The notes: a model not told the origin generated them from the letters alone. DNA of 64,000 nucleotides from Bacteroidales bacterium (GCA_004557035.1 SFFB01000019.1:58734-122733), one strand, 5' to 3'. Numbered from the stretch's first letter, positions 43,447 through 53,975 are shown. Program-made: numbers and translations.

Positions 43447-45288
43447 TCAGAGTTGTTGCATGTCGTTGAGACGTTTATAATAGCCGCCTTTGGCGAGGAG
43501 TTCGTCGTGTGTGCCACGCTCCACGATGCGTCCTTCATAGAGCACACAAATCTCGTCGGCATTCTTGATGGTCGACAGGCGGTGGGCAATGGCAATGGTG
43601 GTGCGGGTTTTCATGAGGTGCTCAAGGGCCTGCTGCACGAGTCGCTCACTCTCGGTGTCGAGGGCCGAAGTGGCTTCGTCGAGGATGAGGATGTCGGGGT
43701 TTTTGAGTATGGCCCGTGCTATGGAGATGCGTTGGCGTTGTCCGCCTGAGAGTCGGCAACCGCGGTCGCCCACTTTGGTGTCGTAGCCGTGCTCACTCTC
43801 GATGATAAAGTCGTGGGCGTTGGCAATCTTGGCTGCTTCAACCACCTGCTCCATCGTGGCTCCTTCCACGCCAAAGGCAATGTTGTTGAAGAAGGTGTCG
43901 TTGAAGAGAATGGCCTCTTGGTTGACGTTGCCTATCAGCGCGCGCAAGTCGCTCAGTTTGAGTTCGCGCACGTCAATGCCGTCAAGCAGTATTTCACCTT
44001 CGGCCACATCGTGATAGCGCGGAAGGAGGTCGACGAGTGTGGATTTGCCCGAACCGCTCTGTCCCACGATGGCAATGGTCTGGCCACGCTTCACGGTGAG
44101 GCTCACGTCGTCTATCACCTTCGGACCGTCACCTCCGTGATAACTGAAAGAGACGTGGCGAAACTCAATCTTGTCTTTGAGTTGACTGATGCTGCGCGGC
44201 ATGGCCGGTTCCTTGATGGGATTGTCGGCATCGAGTATTTTACCCACACGCTCCACCGAGGCCATACCTTTGGGAATGCTGTAGGTGGCTTTGGAGAGGT
44301 CTTTAAGGGGCTGGATGATGCTGTAGAGGATGACCATATAGAAAATGAAGGTCGGAGCGTCTACAGGCGGATGGTCGGAGAAAATCAACGTGCCGCCATA
44401 CCACAACACAAGCACAATGAGGCAGGTGCCGAGAAACTCGCTCACGGGATGGGCCGAAGCCTGACGCACAGCCACACGACCCGTAGCCTTGCGGAAGTCG
44501 TCGGTACTCTTGTCGAAACGGTCGTTCATCTTCTTTTCAGCCGTGAAGGCCTTGATGATGCGCATACCGCCAAGGGTCTCTTCGAGTTGCGACATGGTTT
44601 CGCTCCACTTGTTTTGGGCGTCGAGGCTCTGACGCTTGAGTTTGCGGCCTATGCGTCCCATAATCCAGCCCATGAGGGGCAAAACGATGATGGTGAAGAG
44701 AGTGAGTTGCCAACTGATATAAATCAATACGCCAAAATAGCAGACGAGCAGAATGGGGTTTTTAATCAACATCTCGAGCGAACCAGTGATGCTGTTTTCA
44801 ATTTCGTTGACATCGCCGCTCATTCGGGCAATGATGTCACCCTTTCTTTCGTCTGAAAAGAAACTCAGCGGCAGGCGGGTGATTTTGTGGTAAATGTTGG
44901 AGCGCAGATCGCGCACAATGCCCGTACGCATAGGCACGAGCATAGCCGCAGAGGCGAAATAACAAGAGGTCTTGAGCAGGGTGGCGGTGATGAGAAACAG
45001 ACCAATGAGCAAAAGTGCCATCGCCGCACCATATTCGGTCACAATCTGCTGCGTGAAATAATACATGTTGTTGATGACGATGTCTTTCATCGACACGTCG
45101 GCAGCGTCCCAGGCGATGAACTGGTAGACGTTGTTGTCTACCTTAAAAAGCAGGTTGAGCATCGGTATCAACGTCATGAACGAGAAGACGTTGAGCAACG
45201 CCGAAAGCAGATTGAAAAAGAGCGAACCAAACAAATACTTGCGGTATGGCTTGACGTATTCGCCCATCACTTTGAAGAAATCTTTCAT
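43447..45288 (-). CDS. ABC transporter, fused permease/ATPase (MsbA-like)
   Basis: TM domain plus GQSGSGKST, LSGGQRQR and DEATSALD. Confidence 0.92.
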   Translation of the reverse strand: MKDFFKVMGEYVKPYRKYLFGSLFFNLLSALLNVFSFMTLIPMLNLLFKVDNNVYQFIAWDAADVSMKDIVINNMYYFTQQIVTEYGAAMALLLIGLFLITATLLKTSCYFASAAMLVPMRTGIVRDLRSNIYHKITRLPLSFFSDERKGDIIARMSGDVNEIENSITGSLEMLIKNPILLVCYFGVLIYISWQLTLFTIIVLPLMGWIMGRIGRKLKRQSLDAQNKWSETMSQLEETLGGMRIIKAFTAEKKMNDRFDKSTDDFRKATGRVAVRQASAHPVSEFLGTCLIVLVLWYGGTLIFSDHPPVDAPTFIFYMVILYSIIQPLKDLSKATYSIPKGMASVERVGKILDADNPIKEPAMPRSISQLKDKIEFRHVSFSYHGGDGPKVIDDVSLTVKRGQTIAIVGQSGSGKSTLVDLLPRYHDVAEGEILLDGIDVRELKLSDLRALIGNVNQEAILFNDTFFNNIAFGVEGATMEQVVEAAKIANAHDFIIESEHGYDTKVGDRGCRLSGGQRQRISIARAILKNPDILILDEATSALDTESERLVQQALEHLMKTRTTIAIAHRLSTIKNADEICVLYEGRIVERGTHDELLAKGGYYKRLNDMQQL

Positions 45289-45317
45289 CGCATGAGTTTT
45301 TTTGTATGAGAGAGGAG

Positions 45318-45636
45318 GAGACTAAGATACTAAGAGTGTTGGGCGGCCAAGCAAGCCCTGTAAGGGCGTAACATAATTAGCCCAGGTCGAAGGCCTGGGT
45401 TTAATATGGCCTTCCATATTCCGGCCTGTAAGGTCGGCACACCAAGCGGCAGATGATTGATTGCAATATGAATGATACACCGTAAACTATTCATATATTG
45501 TGCCGACCTTTCAGGCCGGAGATTGAGGATTGTCTTTAAACCAGGCCTTCGACCTGGGCTTATATGTAGCGCCCTTGCAGGGCTTGCTTGGCCGCTCAAA
45601 CTTTTAGTCTCTTAGTCTCTTTGTCTCTTAGTCTTT
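45318..45636. repeat. REP-like palindrome, type B, with octamer flanks
   Basis: TTGGGCGGCCAAGCAAGCCCTGTAAGGGC ... GCCCTTGCAGGGCTTGCTTGGCCGCTCAAA. Confidence 0.9.
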
Positions 45637-45640
45637 TATT

Positions 45641-46318
45641 TCACCCCTTCCGTCCAAAGTCGGCGGGGACTTCACCCCATGTTTTGGTTTGCCATTTGAG
45701 GAGTTTGATGTGGGACCAATCGTGGGTGTTGAGCCATTTTTCGGCGCGGGCTATGAGTTCAAACAAGGCTTCTGTCTTGGCATTATGAGGCAGAGAGGTC
45801 TTGCATTTTTTGTTTTTCACCCAGAGCATGGCATTGCGGCTGTCGGAATAGATGGTGAATGGACGGTTGTGTGGATGGAGCAGGGCCAATCCGTGCACGA
45901 TGGCCAGAAATTCGCCGATGTTGTTGGTGCCGTAGACGGGACCGAAGTGAAACACTTCCTGACCGGTTTTCAGGTAAACACCACGATATTCCATAGGTCC
46001 GGGATTGCCCGAACAGGCGGCGTCGACGGCCAGAGCTTCGGCCGTCACTTCGGCAGGCAGGGGCAATACGGTGTCGTGACGATTGTCGGGCGGTGCTACA
46101 AGAGTAGAAGAGGATTTATCTTTCGACTTGGTGGCCGTGCGTGGTTTCACATAGAGCGAAGGCGAACTGTAGTAGGCTTCTTCGGCCGCTTCGTGTGTGT
46201 CGAACGACTTATAGACAGCCCCCTTGAAGTTTTTTATCTGGGCCTGACAGTCGGCCCAGCTTTCATAGATGCCGGGCTCCACGCCATGCCAAACCACATA
46301 AAACTTCCGCTTCGCCAC
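45641..46318 (-). CDS. rnhA: Ribonuclease HI with N-terminal hybrid-binding domain
   Basis: FYVVWHG..PGIY..W, then VDAACSGNPG, NNIGEF, YSDS and ADFGRK. Confidence 0.92.
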   Translation of the reverse strand: MAKRKFYVVWHGVEPGIYESWADCQAQIKNFKGAVYKSFDTHEAAEEAYYSSPSLYVKPRTATKSKDKSSSTLVAPPDNRHDTVLPLPAEVTAEALAVDAACSGNPGPMEYRGVYLKTGQEVFHFGPVYGTNNIGEFLAIVHGLALLHPHNRPFTIYSDSRNAMLWVKNKKCKTSLPHNAKTEALFELIARAEKWLNTHDWSHIKLLKWQTKTWGEVPADFGRKG

Positions 46319-46344
46319 GCTCGTTAATTTTTTATGATGTCACT

Positions 46345-48162
46345 TTACATGCGCTCAGGCATCTCTATGCCGAGCAGGTTCATACCGAGTTTCACCACCT
46401 TGGCCACATTCTTCGAAAGCACCAGACGGAAGGCTTGTTTCTTCGTGTCGGCTTCTTTGAGAATGGAGAAGTCGTGATAGAACTGGTTGTATTCTTTCAC
46501 CAAGTCATAGCAATAAGAGGCTATGGCCGAAGGCGAATAGTCTGTGGCGGCAGACTTCACCACAGAGGCAAAATCAGCCAAGTGCTGCACGATGGCTTCT
46601 TCCTTGAGCGAGATTTCGACGTCGGTGGACAAGGTGTCAGGAATGGCAATGCCGGCATCGGCAGCCTTGCGCATCACCGAGCGGATGCGGGCGTAAGTGT
46701 ATTGAATGAACGGGCCGGTGTTGCCGTTGAAGTCGATGCTCTCTTCGGGATTGAAGAGCATGTTCTTGCGGGCATCCACTTTGAGCAGGAAATATTTCAA
46801 GGCACCCAGACCGACAATGCGGGCCACCTCATCTTTTTCCTCTTCGGTCATGTCGTCAAACTTGCCGCTTTCGTCGGCAGTGAGACGGGCTTGATGAATC
46901 ATTTCGGCCACCAGGTCGTCGGCGTCTACCACCGTACCTTCACGGCTCTTCATCTTACCGTTGGGCAGTTCCACCATACCGTATGAGAAGTGAACGAGAT
47001 CGCGGCCCCATTCAAAACCGAGTTTGTCGAGCAGGATGGAGAGCACCTGGAAGTGGTAGTTTTGTTCGTTGCCCACCACATAGACCATCTTGTCGATGGC
47101 AAAATCGTTGAAGCGCAACTTGGCCGTACCGATATCCTGGGTCATATACACGCTGGTGCCATCGGAACGGATGAGGAGTTTTTCGTCAAGACCTTCGGCT
47201 GTGAGGTTGGCCCATACCGAACCGTCTTCGCGGCGATAAAACAGTCCCTTTTCAAGTCCTCTTTCCACTTCGGCCTTACCCACGAGATAGGTGTCGCTTT
47301 CGTAATAAATCTTGTCGAAACTTACGCCAAGTGCTTTGTAGGTTTCGTCAAAACCGGCATAGACCCACTCGTTCATCTTGCGCCAAAGTGCACGCACCTC
47401 TTCGTCGCCCTGCTCCCATTTTACGAGCATATCGTGGGCTTCTTTGATGAGCGGTGCTTCGGCTTTGGCTTTTTCTTCGGCGGCTTCTTCGGTCATCCCT
47501 TCTGCCACATACTGCGCCTTGAGAGTTTTCACCTCTTCGCGATAGTGCTTGTCGAAGGCCACATAATAGTCGCCAATGAGGTGATCGCCTTTCTTGCCGG
47601 ACGACTGCGGGGTTTCGCCGTTGCCATATTTCAACCAGGCGAGCATAGACTTGCAAATGTGAATGCCGCGGTCGTTGACAATGTTGGTCTTGACCACTCT
47701 GTTGCCACCGGCTTCAAGGATACAAGCCAGCGACCAGCCAAGCAGGTTGTTGCGCACGTGGCCCAGGTGGAGGGGCTTGTTGGTGTTGGGCGAAGAATAT
47801 TCAATCATCACCAGCGGCGAGTCGGCCGTAGGTTGCACGTAGCCATACTGAGGCTGGGCGTTGATGTCGCTCAGCAGTTCAATCCAAGCCTTGGGTGCAA
47901 TGGTGAGATTGAGAAAACCTTTCACCACATTATAAGCCGACACGCTCTCGGTGTTTTCCACGAGATAGCGACCGATTTCGGCGGCAGTGTCTTCAGGTTT
48001 CTTGCGTGATATTTTGAGCAAGGGGAAAACCACGAGCGTAAGGTGACCTTCCACGTCGCGTTTGGTCTTGAGCAGTTGCACCTGTTCGCCTGTGGCTTCT
48101 TGGCCGTAGAGTGTCTTGATGGCATTCTGTATGTCGTTACAGAGCAGTTTTTCGATTTTCAT
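46345..48162 (-). CDS. argS: Arginine--tRNA ligase
   Basis: EYSSPNTNKPLHLGH, KMKSREG, C-terminal MPERM. Confidence 0.98.
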   Translation of the reverse strand: MKIEKLLCNDIQNAIKTLYGQEATGEQVQLLKTKRDVEGHLTLVVFPLLKISRKKPEDTAAEIGRYLVENTESVSAYNVVKGFLNLTIAPKAWIELLSDINAQPQYGYVQPTADSPLVMIEYSSPNTNKPLHLGHVRNNLLGWSLACILEAGGNRVVKTNIVNDRGIHICKSMLAWLKYGNGETPQSSGKKGDHLIGDYYVAFDKHYREEVKTLKAQYVAEGMTEEAAEEKAKAEAPLIKEAHDMLVKWEQGDEEVRALWRKMNEWVYAGFDETYKALGVSFDKIYYESDTYLVGKAEVERGLEKGLFYRREDGSVWANLTAEGLDEKLLIRSDGTSVYMTQDIGTAKLRFNDFAIDKMVYVVGNEQNYHFQVLSILLDKLGFEWGRDLVHFSYGMVELPNGKMKSREGTVVDADDLVAEMIHQARLTADESGKFDDMTEEEKDEVARIVGLGALKYFLLKVDARKNMLFNPEESIDFNGNTGPFIQYTYARIRSVMRKAADAGIAIPDTLSTDVEISLKEEAIVQHLADFASVVKSAATDYSPSAIASYCYDLVKEYNQFYHDFSILKEADTKKQAFRLVLSKNVAKVVKLGMNLLGIEMPERM

Positions 48163-48211
48163 ATAGTGTGTGTTATTGAATACTAAGAGATTGATAGTCA
48201 AAGAGAATTAA

Positions 48212-48552
48212 GGGGCCACGTTTACCCAGGGTGTCGTTCGCTACGCTCACTTTGCCCTGGGCTATGGTCTTGTTGGCCTTTCAGGCCGTGCGAACCGCAG
48301 CCTATTTTCTGCAAAAATAGTGCAAGGTGAGCGCAATAAAGTTCACTTTGATTGCCGAACCGCAGCCTATTTTCTGCAAAGATACTAAAAATGAAAACTT
48401 TGAATAGGGTTCAGCGTTTTTTATCTTGCCTCTATACTCTATACCCAAATGTTTGCCTTTTTCCCAATCACCCATTCACAAGCTTATAAATATTTGTGAT
48501 ATAACAAATTGCGGTGATTGGAGCGTTCAGTCACGTCCAATCACCGGCAAAT
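48212..48552. repeat. Type A REP half, a 65-bp promoter-associated unit and the left copy of a 143-bp direct repeat; includes two minus-strand -7 boxes for argS
   Basis: -7 boxes at 48312-48319 and 48377-48384. 48410-48552 matches 53333-53475 with 4 mismatches. Confidence 0.9.
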
Positions 48553-48714
48553 CACAAAATATTGGTGGTTATAATTATGATCGAGCTAAAAGGTCTGAAA
48601 GACCGGAACATTACGTAAGCAAATTAATCTATTGATAATTAGATGCCTGATGTGCCAATCTTTTAAACCGAAGATTAGAGGGTCACTACCAAACCCGGGC
48701 CAAACAAAGCCGTA

Positions 48715-50355
48715 TTAAGGTTTGAACTTGACACGATACGGTCCGCTTACGGAATTGAAAAGCAAATCTCCATTGTCGAGATATTGGATAATGGCATAGG
48801 TTCCGTTGCCACGACTGGTATCGCCGAAGATGACTCTATGGCGCGTGGCACCCGTGTTCCAATCGAGACCCGTCACCTCCCATCCATCTGCTTTGCTGTA
48901 ACCATTGACGAAGACCATCTCTGACCATGTGCTGACGGCAGGTATCATGCTGGGCGAACTCACATCGGCCCGTGTCCAGACTGTCTCCCAACGGTTTTCC
49001 TTTACATTCCACTGCAGACGTTCTACTCCCTTCGGAGTCTCAATGAGCGGTCCAATGGCCAGGACGTCTACCACCTTGTCGCCCGTAGTGCTGCCACCGC
49101 TGAGGATGTTGTTCACCACGAAAGCACCATAGCCCGCACACACTACAGACTGTTCTGACTGTATCCACTCTGTAGAAGAGGGCAGACCGCATGTCACCTC
49201 TTTAGTGTCGGCAATGCGTGGATTGCCTGCTACCACCTCTTTTGCATCGGCGGGAATTGCATCGCGCCAGAAGGCCACGATTTTCATACGTTTACCTCCA
49301 TCGGTGATGACCACCAGTTTGTCTTCATCATCGCCGAAACCCATAAGTGTAGGCGTAGATCCAGTGCCATAGCCCATTTTGATAGATGGAGGATTAGGTC
49401 CGCCCTCATAGGCAGCCTGCCAAGCTCCATCGGCAGCATCGGCACTCAAACGCCCGTTTTTCCATACAATCTTCTGCATCAGGCCCTGGCTGTTCTCTTC
49501 TCGATTGTTGCTTGCCACATAAATGCCGCCATCTTCATCAACAGCAATAGAGTTAGTCAGAATTTGATCGGCAGGAAGGGCATAAGTGGCAACCACCTGC
49601 GAGAGATTTCTGTCAACGATGACGAGACCGCGATTATAGGCAACGACAAGATGGCCATCATAAGTCATAACGACTCCCACCAGCACGTTGGCACCATCTA
49701 CATGCGTCTTGATGTCAAGCTGCTTGTCAAGTTCGATGCCATTCTCAGGATGTGCAGAGTCAGAGAGTTTATAGCGTGCAATGATGGTTCCGACGTTGGT
49801 ATAGGCATAGTTGTCCTTGTCGCACAACACATAGTTGCCGCTCGAAATGGCATACATTGGGTTTTTGCCGAGGAAGGGGACAATGGCATTGTATAGGTCG
49901 GTGACATTGGAATATTTGTCAGAGAGTATCTGCAACTGCTCTTGCGTCTTGAGAGTAGATCCGGGAAGTCCGGCTTCGCCCATCTTTGTGAAACCGCCAT
50001 CTTTAGTCTTATAGTATGAAACGCGGTCGCTACTCATGCCCCACATAAACCCATCAACGGCAGCAGAGAGGGTCATAAGGTTTACGGGGCCGCTCCAGCC
50101 GCCTTCACAACTGCTGGGATCGACTTTGAACGTACCGTCTGCCACGGCATAGGGGAAAGCATCTGTCTGGGCACTATTGAAATGAGTGATGCTATAGAGG
50201 TCAGAGGCAAGGAAGGGGTTGCGTTTCGGCACATTGGCATGATAGAGCGGAGAGTGTCCGTCGCCGTCCTCGCAGCCATTAATAGTCTCATCATCTGAAC
50301 AGGCGACAAGTGGCAAAACGGCCATTGCGCAGAAAATTTTCAAGAAAGTTTTCAT
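48715..50355 (-). CDS. Uncharacterised lipoprotein, probably beta-propeller-like
   Basis: Lipobox LPLVAC; NSIAVDEDGGIYV and GTGSTPTLMG; beta-rich. Fold is inferred. Confidence 0.7.
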   Translation of the reverse strand: MKTFLKIFCAMAVLPLVACSDDETINGCEDGDGHSPLYHANVPKRNPFLASDLYSITHFNSAQTDAFPYAVADGTFKVDPSSCEGGWSGPVNLMTLSAAVDGFMWGMSSDRVSYYKTKDGGFTKMGEAGLPGSTLKTQEQLQILSDKYSNVTDLYNAIVPFLGKNPMYAISSGNYVLCDKDNYAYTNVGTIIARYKLSDSAHPENGIELDKQLDIKTHVDGANVLVGVVMTYDGHLVVAYNRGLVIVDRNLSQVVATYALPADQILTNSIAVDEDGGIYVASNNREENSQGLMQKIVWKNGRLSADAADGAWQAAYEGGPNPPSIKMGYGTGSTPTLMGFGDDEDKLVVITDGGKRMKIVAFWRDAIPADAKEVVAGNPRIADTKEVTCGLPSSTEWIQSEQSVVCAGYGAFVVNNILSGGSTTGDKVVDVLAIGPLIETPKGVERLQWNVKENRWETVWTRADVSSPSMIPAVSTWSEMVFVNGYSKADGWEVTGLDWNTGATRHRVIFGDTSRGNGTYAIIQYLDNGDLLFNSVSGPYRVKFKP

Positions 50356-50435
50356 TGTGATTTTGTTTTGAATGCTAACTGTATAAAAAAGTTTAGATTT
50401 TTGTGTGGGATGTGAAGTTATTCAGAGACAGTCTG

Positions 50436-51710
50436 TTATGGAAATGAAATTTCATCACTAAGGAAACGTTCTGTAGGATATTTCATACCATAAGGTCCAT
50501 AGTCGCCCAGCGCCTCGTGGGCTATCATTCGTGTGGAATCGGCCTTGGCTGTGTTCACGGGGTCGCCATAAGGGGTTGGTATCATTTTTGATATGGAGTG
50601 CTCCCATTCCTTATTGGGCAGGATATTGCGATAGAGAGTGACAATGCAATTTCCAATCTCTTTGCCCTCTACAGACTTTCGCTCACGGTCCCAGACTATC
50701 AGTTGTACACTCTTGCCCAAGGCCTGCTCTTTCGCCACCTTCTGCCTTACGGCTTCCAACTGGGCGTTTTGCTTCATACAGACAACGAAGGTACACTTTT
50801 GGCCGTCGGGCACACCCACTTGCGTGTCATAGACGGAATAATAGGAATGGGTGTCAAGCGCCGAACCGAAGCACATGGACCAATAACGTGCGGGAGCGCC
50901 CTTATAGTCTTCTACCGTTTTGGGAATGGGCACGGGCAGAAAACTGAACGTCAACACCTGATTGTCGGGCAATATTGTGCGGGCGAAGAGATAGTCGGTG
51001 GAGTTATTCGGGTAATAATCTCCACGCGATGCCAGGAAGAAAGGCATATCCTGATTTTGGTCAGACCACAACTCGGTATAGTTGGTGGCGAAATTTTTCA
51101 CATTGGAGTTCATACGCAGCGGAGCAGCCACTTCTTTCATCGTATTGAGGTCGATGGCGCGTATTTCAGGCAGTTCCACTCCGCCATATTCATCTACGCC
51201 CAGATATTCGCGAATGATGATTGTGGCCTGATCGACACCTTCTTTCAGTTTGCAGACGTTGGGCGACGACAGCAGAGCAATCTGCTCATCGGTGGCAGAA
51301 GAAGGGACAATATAGACGGTGAAAAAGTTGGGAGTTGAAGAAGACTCCGCAAAGGGATTGACCGAACCTTCATCGGGGGTGATTTCATTGTCGGCCAGTC
51401 CGCCGATGGCCTCGCCTTTCTCATCATCGTAAAGACTGAGGCTGAAAAAGCGTGCCGAAGGGAAAGCACCCTTAATGCACAAAGCAATGTGGTCGTTGCC
51501 TTGCTCGTGCGTACGCCAAGTGTATTCCCAATAATTCACATAGAGATCAGGGTAGGCAAAGATGGTGCCATCATTGCCCATCAATGTTTTTCCCCACTGC
51601 TCTTTCGGGGAAGGATTCTTCACTGCCGGCTCGTCGGTGTCTTGATCTGAGCATCCTGTCATAAAGGGGATGGCACAGAGAATTGCAAAAATTACTTTTC
51701 TGATATACAT
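50436..51710 (-). CDS. Uncharacterised lipoprotein with two DUF1214/DUF1254-like motifs
   Basis: Start MYIRKVIF..FMTGC lipobox; motifs GAFPSARFFSLSLYD and ARYWSMC. Confidence 0.65.
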   Translation of the reverse strand: MYIRKVIFAILCAIPFMTGCSDQDTDEPAVKNPSPKEQWGKTLMGNDGTIFAYPDLYVNYWEYTWRTHEQGNDHIALCIKGAFPSARFFSLSLYDDEKGEAIGGLADNEITPDEGSVNPFAESSSTPNFFTVYIVPSSATDEQIALLSSPNVCKLKEGVDQATIIIREYLGVDEYGGVELPEIRAIDLNTMKEVAAPLRMNSNVKNFATNYTELWSDQNQDMPFFLASRGDYYPNNSTDYLFARTILPDNQVLTFSFLPVPIPKTVEDYKGAPARYWSMCFGSALDTHSYYSVYDTQVGVPDGQKCTFVVCMKQNAQLEAVRQKVAKEQALGKSVQLIVWDRERKSVEGKEIGNCIVTLYRNILPNKEWEHSISKMIPTPYGDPVNTAKADSTRMIAHEALGDYGPYGMKYPTERFLSDEISFP

Positions 51711-51776
51711 AAACGTGTTAAGTGTTTGATTTGCGGCGAGAGGTGTTTTGACTCCCACCCGTGAAATTTGACTCTG

Positions 51777-51876
51777 CAAAAATAGAGGCCGAAAGCAGCA
51801 AGCCTCTATGACAAGGACAAAAAAAGTGTCTAATTCCACCCAATTAGACATACATTATGGTGGAATTAGACACTTT
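51777..51876 (-). promoter_or_regulatory. -7 box plus a perfect 18-bp inverted repeat (putative AraC operator)
   Basis: TATTTTTG on the minus strand at 51777-51784. AAAGTGTCTAATTCCACC at 51823-51840 and its reverse complement at 51859-51876. Confidence 0.65.
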
Positions 51877-51906
51877 CAACGCGATTTATCCCTTATTTTT
51901 TGTTAC

Positions 51907-53016
51907 TTATTGACCACGGTGCTTCAACAGATATTCTTTGGGCGTCATACCCTCTTTGTCGCGAAAAATATTGTAGAGCTGCGCTCGCGAAGAGAAGCCG
52001 CAGGCCGCAGATATGGCATCATTGCTATATTCGGGATGTTCGAGTATCAGTCTTTTGGCCGCTAAAAAACGAATATTGGAGAGCCATACGCGGAAAGTGG
52101 TTTGCTCATGACATTCAAAATACACACTGAGTTCGCGACGACTAATGCCCAACGCTATCGACAAGGAGGAAAGCGACAACTCTGTTTCCAAAAAACAATT
52201 GTTTGAAACCCATTTTTCGAGCAACATCTTGATATGACTGGCGCGATCTGAGGTGATTCTCTCTTTTTTGACAGGTTTTGAAGCCGACTCTGTTCCTCCT
52301 TCTTCATAGTTGTCCTGAATGGTCTGCAGCATGGGGACTTTATAGCCAATGGCGATGAAGTTGACCACGAAAAGGAGAAGCAAGCCTAAAACCAATGGAG
52401 CTGTAGGATAGAGGGCAACGGTAGAAACGATGGTGAAGGGAACAAGAATGGCAGAAAGACAAAGCAAAGTGAAACCCGTCTTGACATACAACAAATAAGA
52501 AAGCATATCGCCGCTCGTATTGCCTTCTATGACCTTATATGTCCTACGTATTTCGCGCGTGGGAATAAATATGAAATAGAGCATACAACTCAAAAACAGA
52601 GCATCCATAAGGTAGAGCGCACCGCCGATGTGAAGACTTTTGCTGGAGATGTAACCCAAACCGCAAACAACCAAAATAAGAAAATAGCCCACCAAACCTA
52701 CTCGGAGATGTGAACGGAGCATCTCGCGACCACACTCTAAATTGAGTACGGCATAAGAGATGAGAAATGTCACGGGAGTGTAAAAAAGAATATTGACCAC
52801 CGCACCCACATCTTCACCATTGACACGAAAATCGAATATCATCTGCAACAGGAAATGAATGGACAACAATAAGAAGGCTGAAATCAAAAACCAGCGTGAA
52901 CGCTCATAGCGCTTATAATATTTGGCTACATATAGTCTTGACATAATGAGTATAAGAGCCATGATGACGGTGAATATCAGACTACCGAATTGTAAAAGAT
53001 ATAGAGTGGAATGCAT
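51907..53016 (-). CDS. Membrane-embedded AraC-family regulator
   Basis: About 7 N-terminal TM segments; C-terminus FRVWLSNIRF..AK..ISAACGFSSR..F....GMTPKEY. Confidence 0.9.
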   Translation of the reverse strand: MHSTLYLLQFGSLIFTVIMALILIMSRLYVAKYYKRYERSRWFLISAFLLLSIHFLLQMIFDFRVNGEDVGAVVNILFYTPVTFLISYAVLNLECGREMLRSHLRVGLVGYFLILVVCGLGYISSKSLHIGGALYLMDALFLSCMLYFIFIPTREIRRTYKVIEGNTSGDMLSYLLYVKTGFTLLCLSAILVPFTIVSTVALYPTAPLVLGLLLLFVVNFIAIGYKVPMLQTIQDNYEEGGTESASKPVKKERITSDRASHIKMLLEKWVSNNCFLETELSLSSLSIALGISRRELSVYFECHEQTTFRVWLSNIRFLAAKRLILEHPEYSNDAISAACGFSSRAQLYNIFRDKEGMTPKEYLLKHRGQ

Positions 53017-53074
53017 AATAGATGGCAAGGAATGATATAAACAAACTTTCAAGATAAAAAGTGCATTTTCTGCC

Positions 53075-53475
53075 GCAAAGGTAGTGCAAGGTGAGCGCAA
53101 TGAAGTTCACTTTGATTGCCGAACCGCAGCCTATTTTATGCAAAGATAGTGCAAGGCGAATGCAGAGCATGGTAAAACTGCGTTTTCCCACTGCTATGCT
53201 GAGCCGCAGCCTATTTTATGCAAAGATAGTGCAAGGCGAATGCAGAGTATGGTAAAACTGCGTTTTACCGCTGCTTTGCTGAGCCGCAGCCTATTTTATG
53301 CAAAGATACTAAAATCGAATTTTAGAATGGAATTCAGCGTTTTTTATCTTGCCTCTATACTCTATACCCAAATGTTTGCCTTTTTCCCAATCACACAGTC
53401 ACAGGATTATAAATATTTGTGATATAACAAATTGCGGTGATTGGAGCGTTCAGTCACGTCCAATCACCGGCAAAT
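53075..53475. repeat. Tandem promoter-associated units (65+80+80 bp) plus the right copy of the 143-bp direct repeat
   Basis: GCAAAG at 53075, 53140, 53220 and 53300, giving four minus-strand TAnnTTTG boxes. Confidence 0.92.
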
Positions 53476-53501
53476 TAAAAATAATAGTGTTGAGCCTTAC
53501 C

Positions 53502-53975
53502 TCACCTCCGCCAAAATCTTGAGGTTATGTCTTCGAGCGAATTGTCGCTATGGTTGACGCGATAGAGGCGCTGGTTGGTGGTGGGCGAAGAGAGTGGCCC
53601 TTGGGCGGCAATATAGGGCCCTATCTTCACATAGTCGGTCACTTCGGGATTGAAATGGTCCGACAAAGTGTCGCGACCGCTGTACCAACCGGTTTTGATG
53701 CGATTGCCGAAGTGGCGTTTAAGGGTTTCAAACCGCGCCATCACGGCTTCGGGGTCGTTGTCGCCACCCATGAGTCCCACACAGGTTACTTCACCTTCAT
53801 ATCCACCCACCAAGGCCAACAGGCGCTCGTCGGTGAGTGCGTCGCCTATGTCGCCTGCCAAGTGGCTGCTGTGGCAACCGGGACAACCGTTGGGACAGAG
53901 CGAAAGGTTGATGGCCAGGGTCACCTCGTCGGGAAACTCCTGGAACACAATGTCGTGGTTCACGTATTTAAGCAT
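53502..53975 (-). CDS. nrdG: Anaerobic ribonucleotide reductase activase
   Basis: Radical-SAM motif CPNGCPGCHS, GGD, TNQR; follows nrdD. Confidence 0.95.
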   Translation of the reverse strand: MLKYVNHDIVFQEFPDEVTLAINLSLCPNGCPGCHSSHLAGDIGDALTDERLLALVGGYEGEVTCVGLMGGDNDPEAVMARFETLKRHFGNRIKTGWYSGRDTLSDHFNPEVTDYVKIGPYIAAQGPLSSPTTNQRLYRVNHSDNSLEDITSRFWRR

